DNA of 64,000 nucleotides, taken from Candidatus Beckwithbacteria bacterium (GTDB taxonomy: Bacteria > Patescibacteriota > Microgenomatia > UBA1400 > CG1-02-47-37). This document shows positions 26,518 to 35,298 of the stretch, piece by piece; the first letter of the stretch is position 1; the number at the start of each line of letters is the position of its first letter. Both the position numbers and the translations under genes were made by a program. The stretch covers positions 150,062 to 214,061 of the forward strand of contig JAPLVF010000013.1 in NCBI GenBank assembly GCA_026397255.1. Direction: 5' to 3'. The notes under the pieces are model-generated. The model was not told the DNA's origin and searched no databases. It was given only the letters and a program-made list of their open reading frames with translations.

Positions 26518-27324
26518 ATGAGTCTTTTAAGGTGGTTTTATCAGCTTTCCTGGAAAAAAATTATGGGGTTTGGAATTTTCCTGCTGCTGGTGGCGGTAAT
26601 TCCGATCAGTATTCAAGTGGCGACTAACCAAACCCGAACCAGGTCGGAGGCGGCGTTAATCCATCCCAGTGTTCAACCGGTAACGGATAGGTTTGAAACA
26701 CCGGCTGGTCCGCCAAAAATTTATTTAGTCGATCACTTCTTCGGTAAAGTCGGCGATTCTGTCTTGATTCACGGCGAAAATCTGGGCGGAATTCACCCGC
26801 AAAGCGCGGTTTATCTGGCCGGCACGAAAATTCCCCACGAAAATTTGGTTTCCTGGACCGGCAGTTACATTGAATTTAAAGTTCCTGAGGGGGCTAAATC
26901 CGGAATAGTGGAAGTGAATATTTTAGGCCAGAAAACCAGTTGGCCGGGAATGTTTTTTGTGACGGACGAGTACACGGAAGCCGAATTGGCTTTAACCAAA
27001 AATCAAAACATTCCTAATGTTGCCAACTTAACGGCGACAAATATTCAATCGGCAGAAGAAATATTGGTGTGGCTGTTAATTTTCAGCGGCGACGGCGGCT
27101 TGACCATCAGTCCACTTAACGCCACAATTACTGAGCAAAATATAATTAACCTGCCGATTGGCAAAGTCTATGAACTGAAGCTAACCAACTTAAATGAAAA
27201 GGGGGAACTGTTAAAAATAGTTAAAGGTGAAAAACAGATGGTGGGGATTGCCCGGGCGGAAATTTCCCGTGCTGACAACACATTGATCCCGGTCAAATCC
27301 AACCCGCTATACGTGAGTTTTTAA
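26518..27324 (+). CDS. Membrane-anchored IPT/TIG-domain protein
   Basis: TM plus TRSEA; GDSVLIHGENLG, SWTGSYIEFKVPEGAKSG. Confidence 0.7.
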   Translation: MSLLRWFYQLSWKKIMGFGIFLLLVAVIPISIQVATNQTRTRSEAALIHPSVQPVTDRFETPAGPPKIYLVDHFFGKVGDSVLIHGENLGGIHPQSAVYLAGTKIPHENLVSWTGSYIEFKVPEGAKSGIVEVNILGQKTSWPGMFFVTDEYTEAELALTKNQNIPNVANLTATNIQSAEEILVWLLIFSGDGGLTISPLNATITEQNIINLPIGKVYELKLTNLNEKGELLKIVKGEKQMVGIARAEISRADNTLIPVKSNPLYVSF

Positions 27325-27325
27325 C

Positions 27326-27348
27326 CTATCACACACCGGGTGTGTGAT
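27326..27348 (-). repeat. REP palindrome (CACC variant) forming the C-terminus and stop of ORF 27329-27904
   Basis: CT-ATCACACACC-G-GGTGTGTGAT, identical to 20538-20560. Confidence 0.9.
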
Positions 27349-27904
27349 TACTCAATAGCTGATGGGGAAAACACTCTTTTATTACCGCTTCTACGATTGC
27401 TTTTCGAACTGATCCATCAGGGATATTAAACCACCTAATGTTAAGACTTCTATTACGTTCCCATAGTATTTCCGATGCTCTGGCTATGGCAAATAATTCC
27501 GGACTAACATCTGTATATAATGAACGGCACTCAGATTTCGCTGCCAACTCATCAAGTTCAAAGGCTATCTCAAGCCTATGGCAAATTTGTTCAATTTCTT
27601 CATTTTTTAAATGATTAAATAATTTATTTCTAGAGGGGTTGTTGATAATAGCTTCGGAAATCTTACCAGGAGCGTCTCCTTCAATATCAGCATTTGCTTG
27701 TTGAGCCGCACTAAATCCTAATAAGCCTATTAAATGGGGATCATCAGTCACAATTCCAGGCAAACTTGGTTTAAAAGTTTCATCGTGGATCGCCTGCCGG
27801 TTAAATTTTCCCCAAAAGAAGGCTGTAGCTAATAGTATTACTTCTTTGTCATGAGGAGAGATATTTTTGAGGAACTCAGAAGGCCGAATCAATTCTTTTC
27901 CCAT
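27329..27904 (-). CDS. Hypothetical accessory protein ending in REP-encoded HTPGV
   Basis: 191-aa ORF; TGATATAAT-N6-ATG. Confidence 0.7.
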   Translation of the reverse strand: MGKELIRPSEFLKNISPHDKEVILLATAFFWGKFNRQAIHDETFKPSLPGIVTDDPHLIGLLGFSAAQQANADIEGDAPGKISEAIINNPSRNKLFNHLKNEEIEQICHRLEIAFELDELAAKSECRSLYTDVSPELFAIARASEILWERNRSLNIRWFNIPDGSVRKAIVEAVIKECFPHQLLSNHTPGV

Positions 27905-27960
27905 GAGTACATTATATCAAAAAAACTATAGGTTAGGCGGAGGGTGAGCATTCGCTAGAC

Positions 27961-28731
27961 CTACTGGAGCAAAATAAAAAACACCAAAGCCAAGAGAATC
28001 CGATAAATACCGAAACCGATAAAAGAGTGCCGGGAAACAAAATTAATCAGCCATTTAACGGTGAAAAGCGCGGAAATAAAAGCGCCGATAAAACCAATCA
28101 AAATTAATAAATATTCGTGAGAAGTAAAAGCCAACCGGGTTTTAATAAGATCAAGTCCGGCGGCGGCGGCCATTGTAGGAATTGCCAAAAGGAAAGAAAA
28201 TTCCGTGGCCGCTTGCCTGGTCAAGCCCAAACCCATACCGCCGAAAATTGTCGCGGCCGCCCGAGAAACGCCGGGAATAACGGAAATTGACTGAACCAAA
28301 CCAATTGTCCCGCTTTTAACCAGGCTTAACTGATCCATGGTTTTAAGTTGGCGGGGCTTGGCAGCAAATATTTTTTCCAAGACAATTATTAAAACGCCGC
28401 CGATAAAAAGAGACAGAATATCGATCAGCAGATTGCCTAACAGAAAGCTTTTGATAAATTTATATAAAACCAGGCCGATTAGCGCCGTCGGGATAAAAGC
28501 GGCGATAATTTTCGACCAAAGTTTAAAGTTGCGGATAAGCCGGGGAAAATATAAAACTAAAACCGCTAAAATCGCCCCCAACTGAATGACAATGGTAAAG
28601 GTTTTGACAAACTCGGTTGGGGGAATCTGCAACAGCCGACTGGCCAAGATAAGATGGCCGGTTGAGGAAATCGGCAGAAATTCAGAAGTCCCCTCCACCA
28701 GAGAAAGGATAATTACAGCTAAAATTGTCAT
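27961..28731 (-). CDS. uppP: Undecaprenyl-diphosphatase
   Basis: EFLPISSTGH, IQLGAILA, PGVSR, EFSFLLAIP. Confidence 0.96.
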   Translation of the reverse strand: MTILAVIILSLVEGTSEFLPISSTGHLILASRLLQIPPTEFVKTFTIVIQLGAILAVLVLYFPRLIRNFKLWSKIIAAFIPTALIGLVLYKFIKSFLLGNLLIDILSLFIGGVLIIVLEKIFAAKPRQLKTMDQLSLVKSGTIGLVQSISVIPGVSRAAATIFGGMGLGLTRQAATEFSFLLAIPTMAAAAGLDLIKTRLAFTSHEYLLILIGFIGAFISALFTVKWLINFVSRHSFIGFGIYRILLALVFFILLQ

Positions 28732-29415
28732 TTACTTTTTCTTCTTTTTGCCCTGACTGTACCACTCATTAAGCATCTGTGACACCAAATCTTTGGCGCC
28801 CAAACCAATCGCCAAACCTATACCTAAAGAAAGAGTGGTGATCACCCCAATGAATAAAATGTTAATTAAAGACTGGGCAATCCCCAACTCATTAATGCTG
28901 GCGAGAGCGGCTACAATCACTACTAAATAACTGGCTATTTTAGAAAGCATTCGGCTGGTTTTAATATCCACCTGATTAACCGCGCCTTTAATTAAGCTTT
29001 CAACGAGGCCGGCTAAAAAGACACCGACCGTTAAAATTAAAACGGCAGAAATGATTCGAGGCAAATAAGCCAATAAACCATTTAAAACCGTAGAAACGGT
29101 GGTAAGACCAAGAACATTAATTGAGGCAATAAAGAAAACTAGTAAAACGAGCCAGCGGACAATTTCGCCAAAAAAGACTTCGGCTTTAACCCGAACGTCA
29201 GCCTTATTTAAATAAGAACCAATCCCGCTTTTTTGGACCAGTAAATCAAGCTTAATGGCAGAAAGAATTTTGACAACTAAAGCTTTCGCCCATTTGGCCA
29301 AAACTAAGCCGACAAAGAAAATGACTAAAGCCCCAAAAAGACTCGGCAGAAAAGAAAAGAAACCAGTTAAAACATTTGATGCTGCTAAAAGAAGTGCATC
29401 TTGCCATGTATTCAT
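28732..29415 (-). CDS. MscS-related TM-helix repeat protein (CmpX-like)
   Basis: Repeated LPxxxxA TM units, IGLAIGLGAKD; SD-like GGGGGTGA upstream of ATG 29415. Confidence 0.8.
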   Translation of the reverse strand: MNTWQDALLLAASNVLTGFFSFLPSLFGALVIFFVGLVLAKWAKALVVKILSAIKLDLLVQKSGIGSYLNKADVRVKAEVFFGEIVRWLVLLVFFIASINVLGLTTVSTVLNGLLAYLPRIISAVLILTVGVFLAGLVESLIKGAVNQVDIKTSRMLSKIASYLVVIVAALASINELGIAQSLINILFIGVITTLSLGIGLAIGLGAKDLVSQMLNEWYSQGKKKKK

Positions 29416-29490
29416 AATAATAATCACCCCCTTTTCCGCCAAAGGCGGAGAGTACAATTTAGTTTACCTGGTTTTTGATATAATAATCAA

Positions 29491-29854
29491 GCTAGGAAGC
29501 GGGATGACGCCCCACGTCGCTCTCACGAGCTATGCTGGGGAGGAAAGTCCGGACTGCTGGAAGCAGGGTGCTGGGCGAAAGCCTTGGGTCCGCTGGGCAT
29601 GGCCAGCGGACACAGTGAAGCCACAGAGACGAGTAGACCGCCGTCGCGTAAAGCTATGGCGGTCGAAGTGAAACGACCCTGACGCCTACGTTGTCAGGGG
29701 CTTGGGTAATTCTCCCCGCAGCAACTTCCGAACTGGCCGCTTGAGGACGCTTCCCCGAGGCCAAAAGCTTGAAGGCATAGAGAGATGTCATCTATACCCG
29801 TCGTCGCGTAAAGCTATGGCGGGTGAAACAGAATCCGGCTTACAGCTTCCTAGC
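29491..29854 (+). ncRNA. rnpB: RNase P RNA
   Basis: P1 GCTAGGAAGC/GCTTCCTAGC; GAGGAAAGTCCGG and AAACAGAATCCGGCTTA (P4); ACAGAGAC, GTGAAACG; extended -10 TGATATAAT at 29476-29484. Confidence 0.93.
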
Positions 29855-29869
29855 GTTTTTTAAAAAATA

Positions 29870-32365
29870 TCAGGAGTTTTCGTAACGGTTAAAAAACCAG
29901 CGCTTCAAAAATTCGGTGGTCATAAAATATAAAAATAAAACCGCGGCAAGCCAGGTCCAAATGGATAAAGAGAGCGAGTGAAACTCAAAAAATTTATGAC
30001 CAAAGATTAAAAGCGGTAAAGCAATCACTAAAAGACAGGAAAGAAGCGTTGAACCGATTAACCAAAAACTGGGCAGGCTTTTATAAAAAGGCAATCTGGT
30101 TCTGATGGCAAAAGTGACAATCATTTCCGATAAAGATGATTCGACAAACCAGGCAGTGCGAAAAATTCCCGGAGGAACTTTCCAGAGGAGAAGCAAGGGT
30201 AAAATTAAGGCTAAATCAAAAAAGGAGCTGATTAAGCCAAAATAAGTCATAAACCGACCAATCATCTTAATATTCCAATGTTTGGGTTTTTTAATAAATT
30301 CCCGATCGACATTATCAGTGGCCACGGTTAAAAGCGGAACATCGCTAATAAAATTATTAAGTAAAATTTGCGAGGGTAAAAGAGGAATAAAATTTAAAAA
30401 CAGCGAGGAAACCGAAACGGTAAACATGTTGCCGAAATTGGCGCTGATGGTATTTAAAATATACTTCATAATATTGGCAAAAGTTTTCCGGCCGGCCTGG
30501 ATTCCCTCAGCTAAAATTTGTAAATCTTTTTTCAATAAAATTATGTCAGCAGCGTCTTTACTAATATCGGTGCCGGTATCGACCGCGATACCCACATCGG
30601 CCGCTTCTAAGGCCGGAGCATCATTAATGCCATCGCCTAAAAAGCCGATAACGCAACCTTTCTGATTTAAACTTTTAACGATTTTATATTTTAATTCCGG
30701 AGTAATCCGGGCAAAAACAGAAAACCTATTAACGGTTGTGGCTAGATCGGCAGCAGACATTTTGGCTAAAAGGTCCCCGGTAATAATGTCGGTTTTATCG
30801 ATAGTTAAACCGACTTGTTTAGCGACAGCATAAGTAATCAGGGGACTGTCACCGCTGATGATTTTGACATCAATTCCTAATTTATTTAATAAAACCAGGG
30901 ATTCTTTAACATGCAGTTTAACCGGATCGGTGAACAACAAGAGGCCGATTAAGGTCATTTTCGTTTCGTCTCTCTGGGAAGAAGTATTGTGATTAAGCTG
31001 TTTTTCCGCGACCGCGATGACCCGAAAGCCGGAATTTTCATAGCCGGCAATTTGGCGATTAGCCTGCTGGCGTTTAGTTGAGGAAAGTTGACTAATACTT
31101 AAAATTGAATCCGGGGCACCTTTAACAATTAATAAGTTGGGCTGGTGATTAATTTTAACTAAGACACTCATCCGCCGGCGGTCAAAATCAAATTCATTTT
31201 CGTCAATCACTTTAAATTCTTTTAATTTTGAAGCAACCAGTTGGGCGGGTTCTGATTCCCGCAAGGCTTGGTCGGTGGAATTAAAACCACTGGTGCAAAC
31301 CAAGGCTTTAGCGACTAAATTTAAGTCTTTCTGACCATCGAGGGTAATAAAGTCTGATAAAGAAAATTTACCTTCGGTTAAAGTGCCGGTTTTGTCCGTG
31401 CAGAGCGTGTCGATATTACCCAAATCCTCAACCGACATTAAACGTTTAACAATCACCTTTTTTTTGGCCATTTGCAAAGCCCCCTGAGATAAAGTGATCG
31501 TCATAATTGCCGGTAACATTTCCGGGGTAATCCCGACTGCCAAGGCTAAAGCAAATAAGAATGAGTTAAAAACGCCTTTGTTTTGCCAAGCATTAACCAC
31601 AAAAACAAAAACTGTCATAACTAAAATCACCCGGAAAAGAAATTGACTAAATTTACGGGTTTGGACTTGGAATTCGGTTTCGGAAGTGTTTTGGCCTAAA
31701 TAAGCGGCAGTTTTACCAAAGAAAGTGTTTTTGCCGGTAGCGACCACCACACCAGTGGCCCGCCCGCCCGCCACGGCCGTTCCCATAAAAACCAGATTGA
31801 TTAAATCCTGAGGTAAAAAATATTTGGCGCTGACCGGGGAAACTTTTTTCACCACGGGAATTGATTCGCCGGTTAAAACCGCTTCGTTAGTTAACAAACT
31901 ATCAAGTTTAATAAGGCGCATATCCGCCGGAACAATATCGCCGATTCTCAACTGAACGATATCCCCGATTACCAGGTTTTGACTGTCTATTTGTTGCCAC
32001 AGGCCGTCACGTAAAACTTTGGCCTTATGAGAAATATATTTTCTTAATTTTTTTAAGGCCTTTTCGGCCCGATATTCCTGAATAAATCCGGAAAAGACGC
32101 TTAAAAAAACTACGCTAATAATCACTAAAGATTCCAAGCGCTCACCTAAAAAGTAAGAAATGAGGGCGGCTAATAAAAGCGCAGTAATCAACCAATTTTG
32201 AAACTGCAAAAGAAGAATCTTTAGTGCCGGCCGAGCCGATTCTTTTTCGACAAGATTAAACCCATTTGTTTTTAAACGACCAGTAATCTGAGAATGAGTT
32301 AACCCTTGCACAGAGCTGTCAACTTGCTTTAAGACAGCTGAAGAACTTAAAGCCCAAAAATTCAT
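29870..32365 (-). CDS. mgtA: Mg2+-transporting P-type ATPase (MgtA-like)
   Basis: TGES, VGITPEMLP, DKTGTLT, GDGINDAPAL, SANFGNMF. Confidence 0.88.
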   Translation of the reverse strand: MNFWALSSSAVLKQVDSSVQGLTHSQITGRLKTNGFNLVEKESARPALKILLLQFQNWLITALLLAALISYFLGERLESLVIISVVFLSVFSGFIQEYRAEKALKKLRKYISHKAKVLRDGLWQQIDSQNLVIGDIVQLRIGDIVPADMRLIKLDSLLTNEAVLTGESIPVVKKVSPVSAKYFLPQDLINLVFMGTAVAGGRATGVVVATGKNTFFGKTAAYLGQNTSETEFQVQTRKFSQFLFRVILVMTVFVFVVNAWQNKGVFNSFLFALALAVGITPEMLPAIMTITLSQGALQMAKKKVIVKRLMSVEDLGNIDTLCTDKTGTLTEGKFSLSDFITLDGQKDLNLVAKALVCTSGFNSTDQALRESEPAQLVASKLKEFKVIDENEFDFDRRRMSVLVKINHQPNLLIVKGAPDSILSISQLSSTKRQQANRQIAGYENSGFRVIAVAEKQLNHNTSSQRDETKMTLIGLLLFTDPVKLHVKESLVLLNKLGIDVKIISGDSPLITYAVAKQVGLTIDKTDIITGDLLAKMSAADLATTVNRFSVFARITPELKYKIVKSLNQKGCVIGFLGDGINDAPALEAADVGIAVDTGTDISKDAADIILLKKDLQILAEGIQAGRKTFANIMKYILNTISANFGNMFTVSVSSLFLNFIPLLPSQILLNNFISDVPLLTVATDNVDREFIKKPKHWNIKMIGRFMTYFGLISSFFDLALILPLLLLWKVPPGIFRTAWFVESSLSEMIVTFAIRTRLPFYKSLPSFWLIGSTLLSCLLVIALPLLIFGHKFFEFHSLSLSIWTWLAAVLFLYFMTTEFLKRWFFNRYENS

Positions 32366-32370
32366 AGGGC

Positions 32371-33351
32371 TTATTTTTTATAATGTTTAAGATAAAGATC
32401 TTTAAAAACAATTTCCATCAGTAAAACGGCGGGAACGGACAAAACTACCCCGGCAAGACCGGCAATTTTAAAGCCAGCCATTAAGGCAAGAATTACCGCT
32501 AAAGGGCTTAAACCAACCGCTTTGGACATTACCCGGGGAACAATTAATTGATTTTCCACCTGCTGAACGACAAAATACAAAGCTAGCGTTGCCAAAGCTA
32601 ATAGCGGTGAAGTGCCAGAGGCAACCAGAATTGCCGGAATGGCCGATAAAGTCGGACCAACAGTAGGAATAACTTCCAATAAACCGGCTAAAAAGGCTAA
32701 GGGAATGGCAAAATTTACCCCTAAAAGAGTTAGGCCAAGATAAGACATTAACCCGACGATCAACATTAAAGTTAATTGGCCGCGAACCCAACCACCCAGT
32801 TTTTTTTCGAGCTTTACAATAAATTCTTCAGCGTGTTCTTCTTTGGCATTGTGGCCAAAAAGAAATAATAAATATTTTTTCATATTTTTGCGTTCCATAA
32901 TCAGGTAATAAACAATGACCAAGAAAGTAAATAAACCGATGATATTATCAAAAACCCCGAGGGCAATTTTAAGAATTTGTTGCGGCAGAGTATTTAGTTG
33001 GGGTTGGAACATGGATAAATCAACTCTTCCCTTAGTGAGTTGATTAAGGTTTTGGGGGAAAAGGGTTAAGAATTTAGAGGTTTGCTCAACTAAAGGCGGG
33101 ATTAAAGAAGCAACGCCAAAAAATATCAAGGCCAAAAATAAAATGTAAAAAAACAGAGTGGCAACAGAACGAGGAATTTTACGTTTTTCTAACTTATCAA
33201 CCAAGGGACTAAGGGCAGACATGAAAATTACAGCGACAAAAAGCAAAAGCAAAAGATAACGAATTCGATATAAAAACCAGGTAAAAATCAGGAAAAAGAC
33301 CGTAAAAATAATCGTCTTATAAGAAATCTCCACTTTATGAGAAGTGTCCAT
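32371..33351 (-). CDS. AI-2E (PerM/UPF0118) family transporter
   Basis: GWVRGQL, LEVIPTVGP, QQVENQLIVPRVM. Confidence 0.9.
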   Translation of the reverse strand: MDTSHKVEISYKTIIFTVFFLIFTWFLYRIRYLLLLLFVAVIFMSALSPLVDKLEKRKIPRSVATLFFYILFLALIFFGVASLIPPLVEQTSKFLTLFPQNLNQLTKGRVDLSMFQPQLNTLPQQILKIALGVFDNIIGLFTFLVIVYYLIMERKNMKKYLLFLFGHNAKEEHAEEFIVKLEKKLGGWVRGQLTLMLIVGLMSYLGLTLLGVNFAIPLAFLAGLLEVIPTVGPTLSAIPAILVASGTSPLLALATLALYFVVQQVENQLIVPRVMSKAVGLSPLAVILALMAGFKIAGLAGVVLSVPAVLLMEIVFKDLYLKHYKK

Positions 33352-33352
33352 A

Positions 33353-34210
33353 CTATTTTTTAGTATACCAAGCTTTTACCTGTCTAGCTACCAATTTAAA
33401 TAAATCTTTAGCGTCAATGTCAAACCAGCGAATCGCTTTATTTTTCTTAAACCACGTTAGCTGGCGGCGGGCATATTGCTGTTCGGCCACAATCCATTTA
33501 TTAACATCCGGCAGTTGATGATAGCCGATGGCAGACATCGAGGGTAAATTCGACCCATATTGTTTCTTTAGTTTTTGCCATTCCTGAATTGCTCCAGATT
33601 TAATTCTTTGCTCAACCCGCTTTTTAATTCTTTGATCTAATATTTTTTTCTCAGCGGTTAACCCGATCCATAGTAGATTATTCTCTTTAAGGTCCAACCC
33701 TTTGGACAAAAAGGTTGGACCTTTTTGAATAGCAACTTCAATGGCGCGGATCAGACGGCGGGGGTTTAACTGGTCTGAGTGATTCATCTGCATCAACCGT
33801 TTAGGATTAAGTTGCTTTAGTAACTTAAGTAGTTTAGGAATAGAAAAAAAAGATAATTTTTCGCGTAATTTCCAGTTGGGTTTCGCGAAAATTGTTGACG
33901 GGGGCTTGATTAAACTGTCTAAATATAAGCCTGTCCCGCCGACGATAATCGGAAAGCTAATTTGATTAATTAAAGTGCGGGTTAGTTTCACAAAATGGGC
34001 GACGGAAAATTCTTCGTCCGGCTTAACCAAGTCCAGGCCGTGAATTTTCACCCCTTTGGGTTTGTCTTTACCGGTAACAATATCCATCCCCTGGTAAACC
34101 TGACGGGAATCAGCGGAAATCAGTTCACCGGAGAATTGCTTGGCCAACTGGACGGCTAGTTTGGTTTTTCCGGTCGCCGTCGGGCCGCAAATAATTAAAA
34201 TTTTGGTCAT
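33353..34210 (-). CDS. miaA: tRNA dimethylallyltransferase
   Basis: GPTATGKT, ISADSRQVY, VGGTGLY, YARRQLTWF. Confidence 0.95.
   Translation of the reverse strand: MTKILIICGPTATGKTKLAVQLAKQFSGELISADSRQVYQGMDIVTGKDKPKGVKIHGLDLVKPDEEFSVAHFVKLTRTLINQISFPIIVGGTGLYLDSLIKPPSTIFAKPNWKLREKLSFFSIPKLLKLLKQLNPKRLMQMNHSDQLNPRRLIRAIEVAIQKGPTFLSKGLDLKENNLLWIGLTAEKKILDQRIKKRVEQRIKSGAIQEWQKLKKQYGSNLPSMSAIGYHQLPDVNKWIVAEQQYARRQLTWFKKNKAIRWFDIDAKDLFKLVARQVKAWYTKK
33689..33723. repeat. Intragenic inverted repeat in miaA (encodes KGPTFLSKGLDL)
   Basis: Perfect 11-bp arms AAGGTCCAACC / GGTTGGACCTT, 13-nt loop. Confidence 0.75.
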
Positions 34211-35298
34211 TTAATCACCTTGGGTCTATTTTTAAAATGTTTTAAGTTAATCAGTTTTTCTAAAATCTGCCAACGGCGTTTTTTTTCGGCAGCGGAAACA
34301 TCATCGGGAATTTTTGCGGCAGCTGTTCCCGGCCGGGGCGAATACTGATTAACAAAGGCAATTTGCCAATTAACTTGGTTAGCTAAATTAACCGTGGCTT
34401 GGAAGTCGGCTTCGGTTTCGCCGGGAAAGCCGACAATAATATCCGTTCCCAAAGTCAAACCTTTGACCTTAGTTTTTAATTTTTTAACTAATTTCAAGTA
34501 ATCCTGCCAGGTGTAACCGCGGTTCATGAGTTTTAAAATCCGGTTTGAGCCGGATTGAACCGGCAGATGGACATAACGGTCAATTTTTTTATTTTTGGCA
34601 ATACAGTCAATCAGAGCATCGGAAAAATCCCAAGGATTGGAAGTCATAAACCTGATTAACTTTAATTGATTAAAGCGGCAAACTTTTTCCAAAAGTTGAA
34701 CAAATGGTGGAACATCTTGCCTGGGCTGAGATTTCCTCAAACCAATGCCGACTTTATCCAAACCATAAGAATTAACGTTTTGACCCAAAAGGGTAATTTC
34801 GGTGTAACCTTTTTCCACCAACTGGCGGATTTCGACAAGAATGTCTAATTCAGGACGGGAGGTTTCCCGGCCGCGGGAGTAAGGGACAATACAGTAGGAA
34901 CAAAAGGAGTTGCAACCGTTGCTAATCGGCACCCAGGCGTGATGCTGGTCCCGCCTGATGCTGGCTTGGTTAAAACCGACTTCGTTGATGGGTAAAATTT
35001 CATCAACAGCAGGCAGCATGTCCAATAATTTTTCCTGGCCGTAATGAATCATGCAGCCGGTAAGAATTATTTTTTTCTTGCCTTTATTTTTGGCCAAATT
35101 TAGAAGTAAGCCAATTACCCGATCTTCGGCGGATTTACGGACAGAACAAGTGTTAATGATAATTTCATCAGCTGTTTGAATGTTCTTCGCCGGTTTAAAT
35201 CCCCGCTTTTGGTAATCGCCGGCAATCCGTTCCGAATCGGCCTTATTCATCTGGCAACCGAAAGTATAGATAAAGTAAGTTCTAGTCTTTTTCATCAC
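34207..35298 (-). CDS. miaB: tRNA methylthiotransferase MiaB (no TRAM domain)
   Basis: TFGCQMN, NTCSVR, GCNSFCSYC, GFPGETE, YSPRPGT; adjacent to miaA. Confidence 0.88.
   Translation of the reverse strand: MMKKTRTYFIYTFGCQMNKADSERIAGDYQKRGFKPAKNIQTADEIIINTCSVRKSAEDRVIGLLLNLAKNKGKKKIILTGCMIHYGQEKLLDMLPAVDEILPINEVGFNQASIRRDQHHAWVPISNGCNSFCSYCIVPYSRGRETSRPELDILVEIRQLVEKGYTEITLLGQNVNSYGLDKVGIGLRKSQPRQDVPPFVQLLEKVCRFNQLKLIRFMTSNPWDFSDALIDCIAKNKKIDRYVHLPVQSGSNRILKLMNRGYTWQDYLKLVKKLKTKVKGLTLGTDIIVGFPGETEADFQATVNLANQVNWQIAFVNQYSPRPGTAAAKIPDDVSAAEKKRRWQILEKLINLKHFKNRPKVIK

Noticed and set aside
29255-29671. 138-aa plus-strand ORF
   Set aside because: Antisense to the CmpX-like gene and runs into RNase P RNA; shadow ORF
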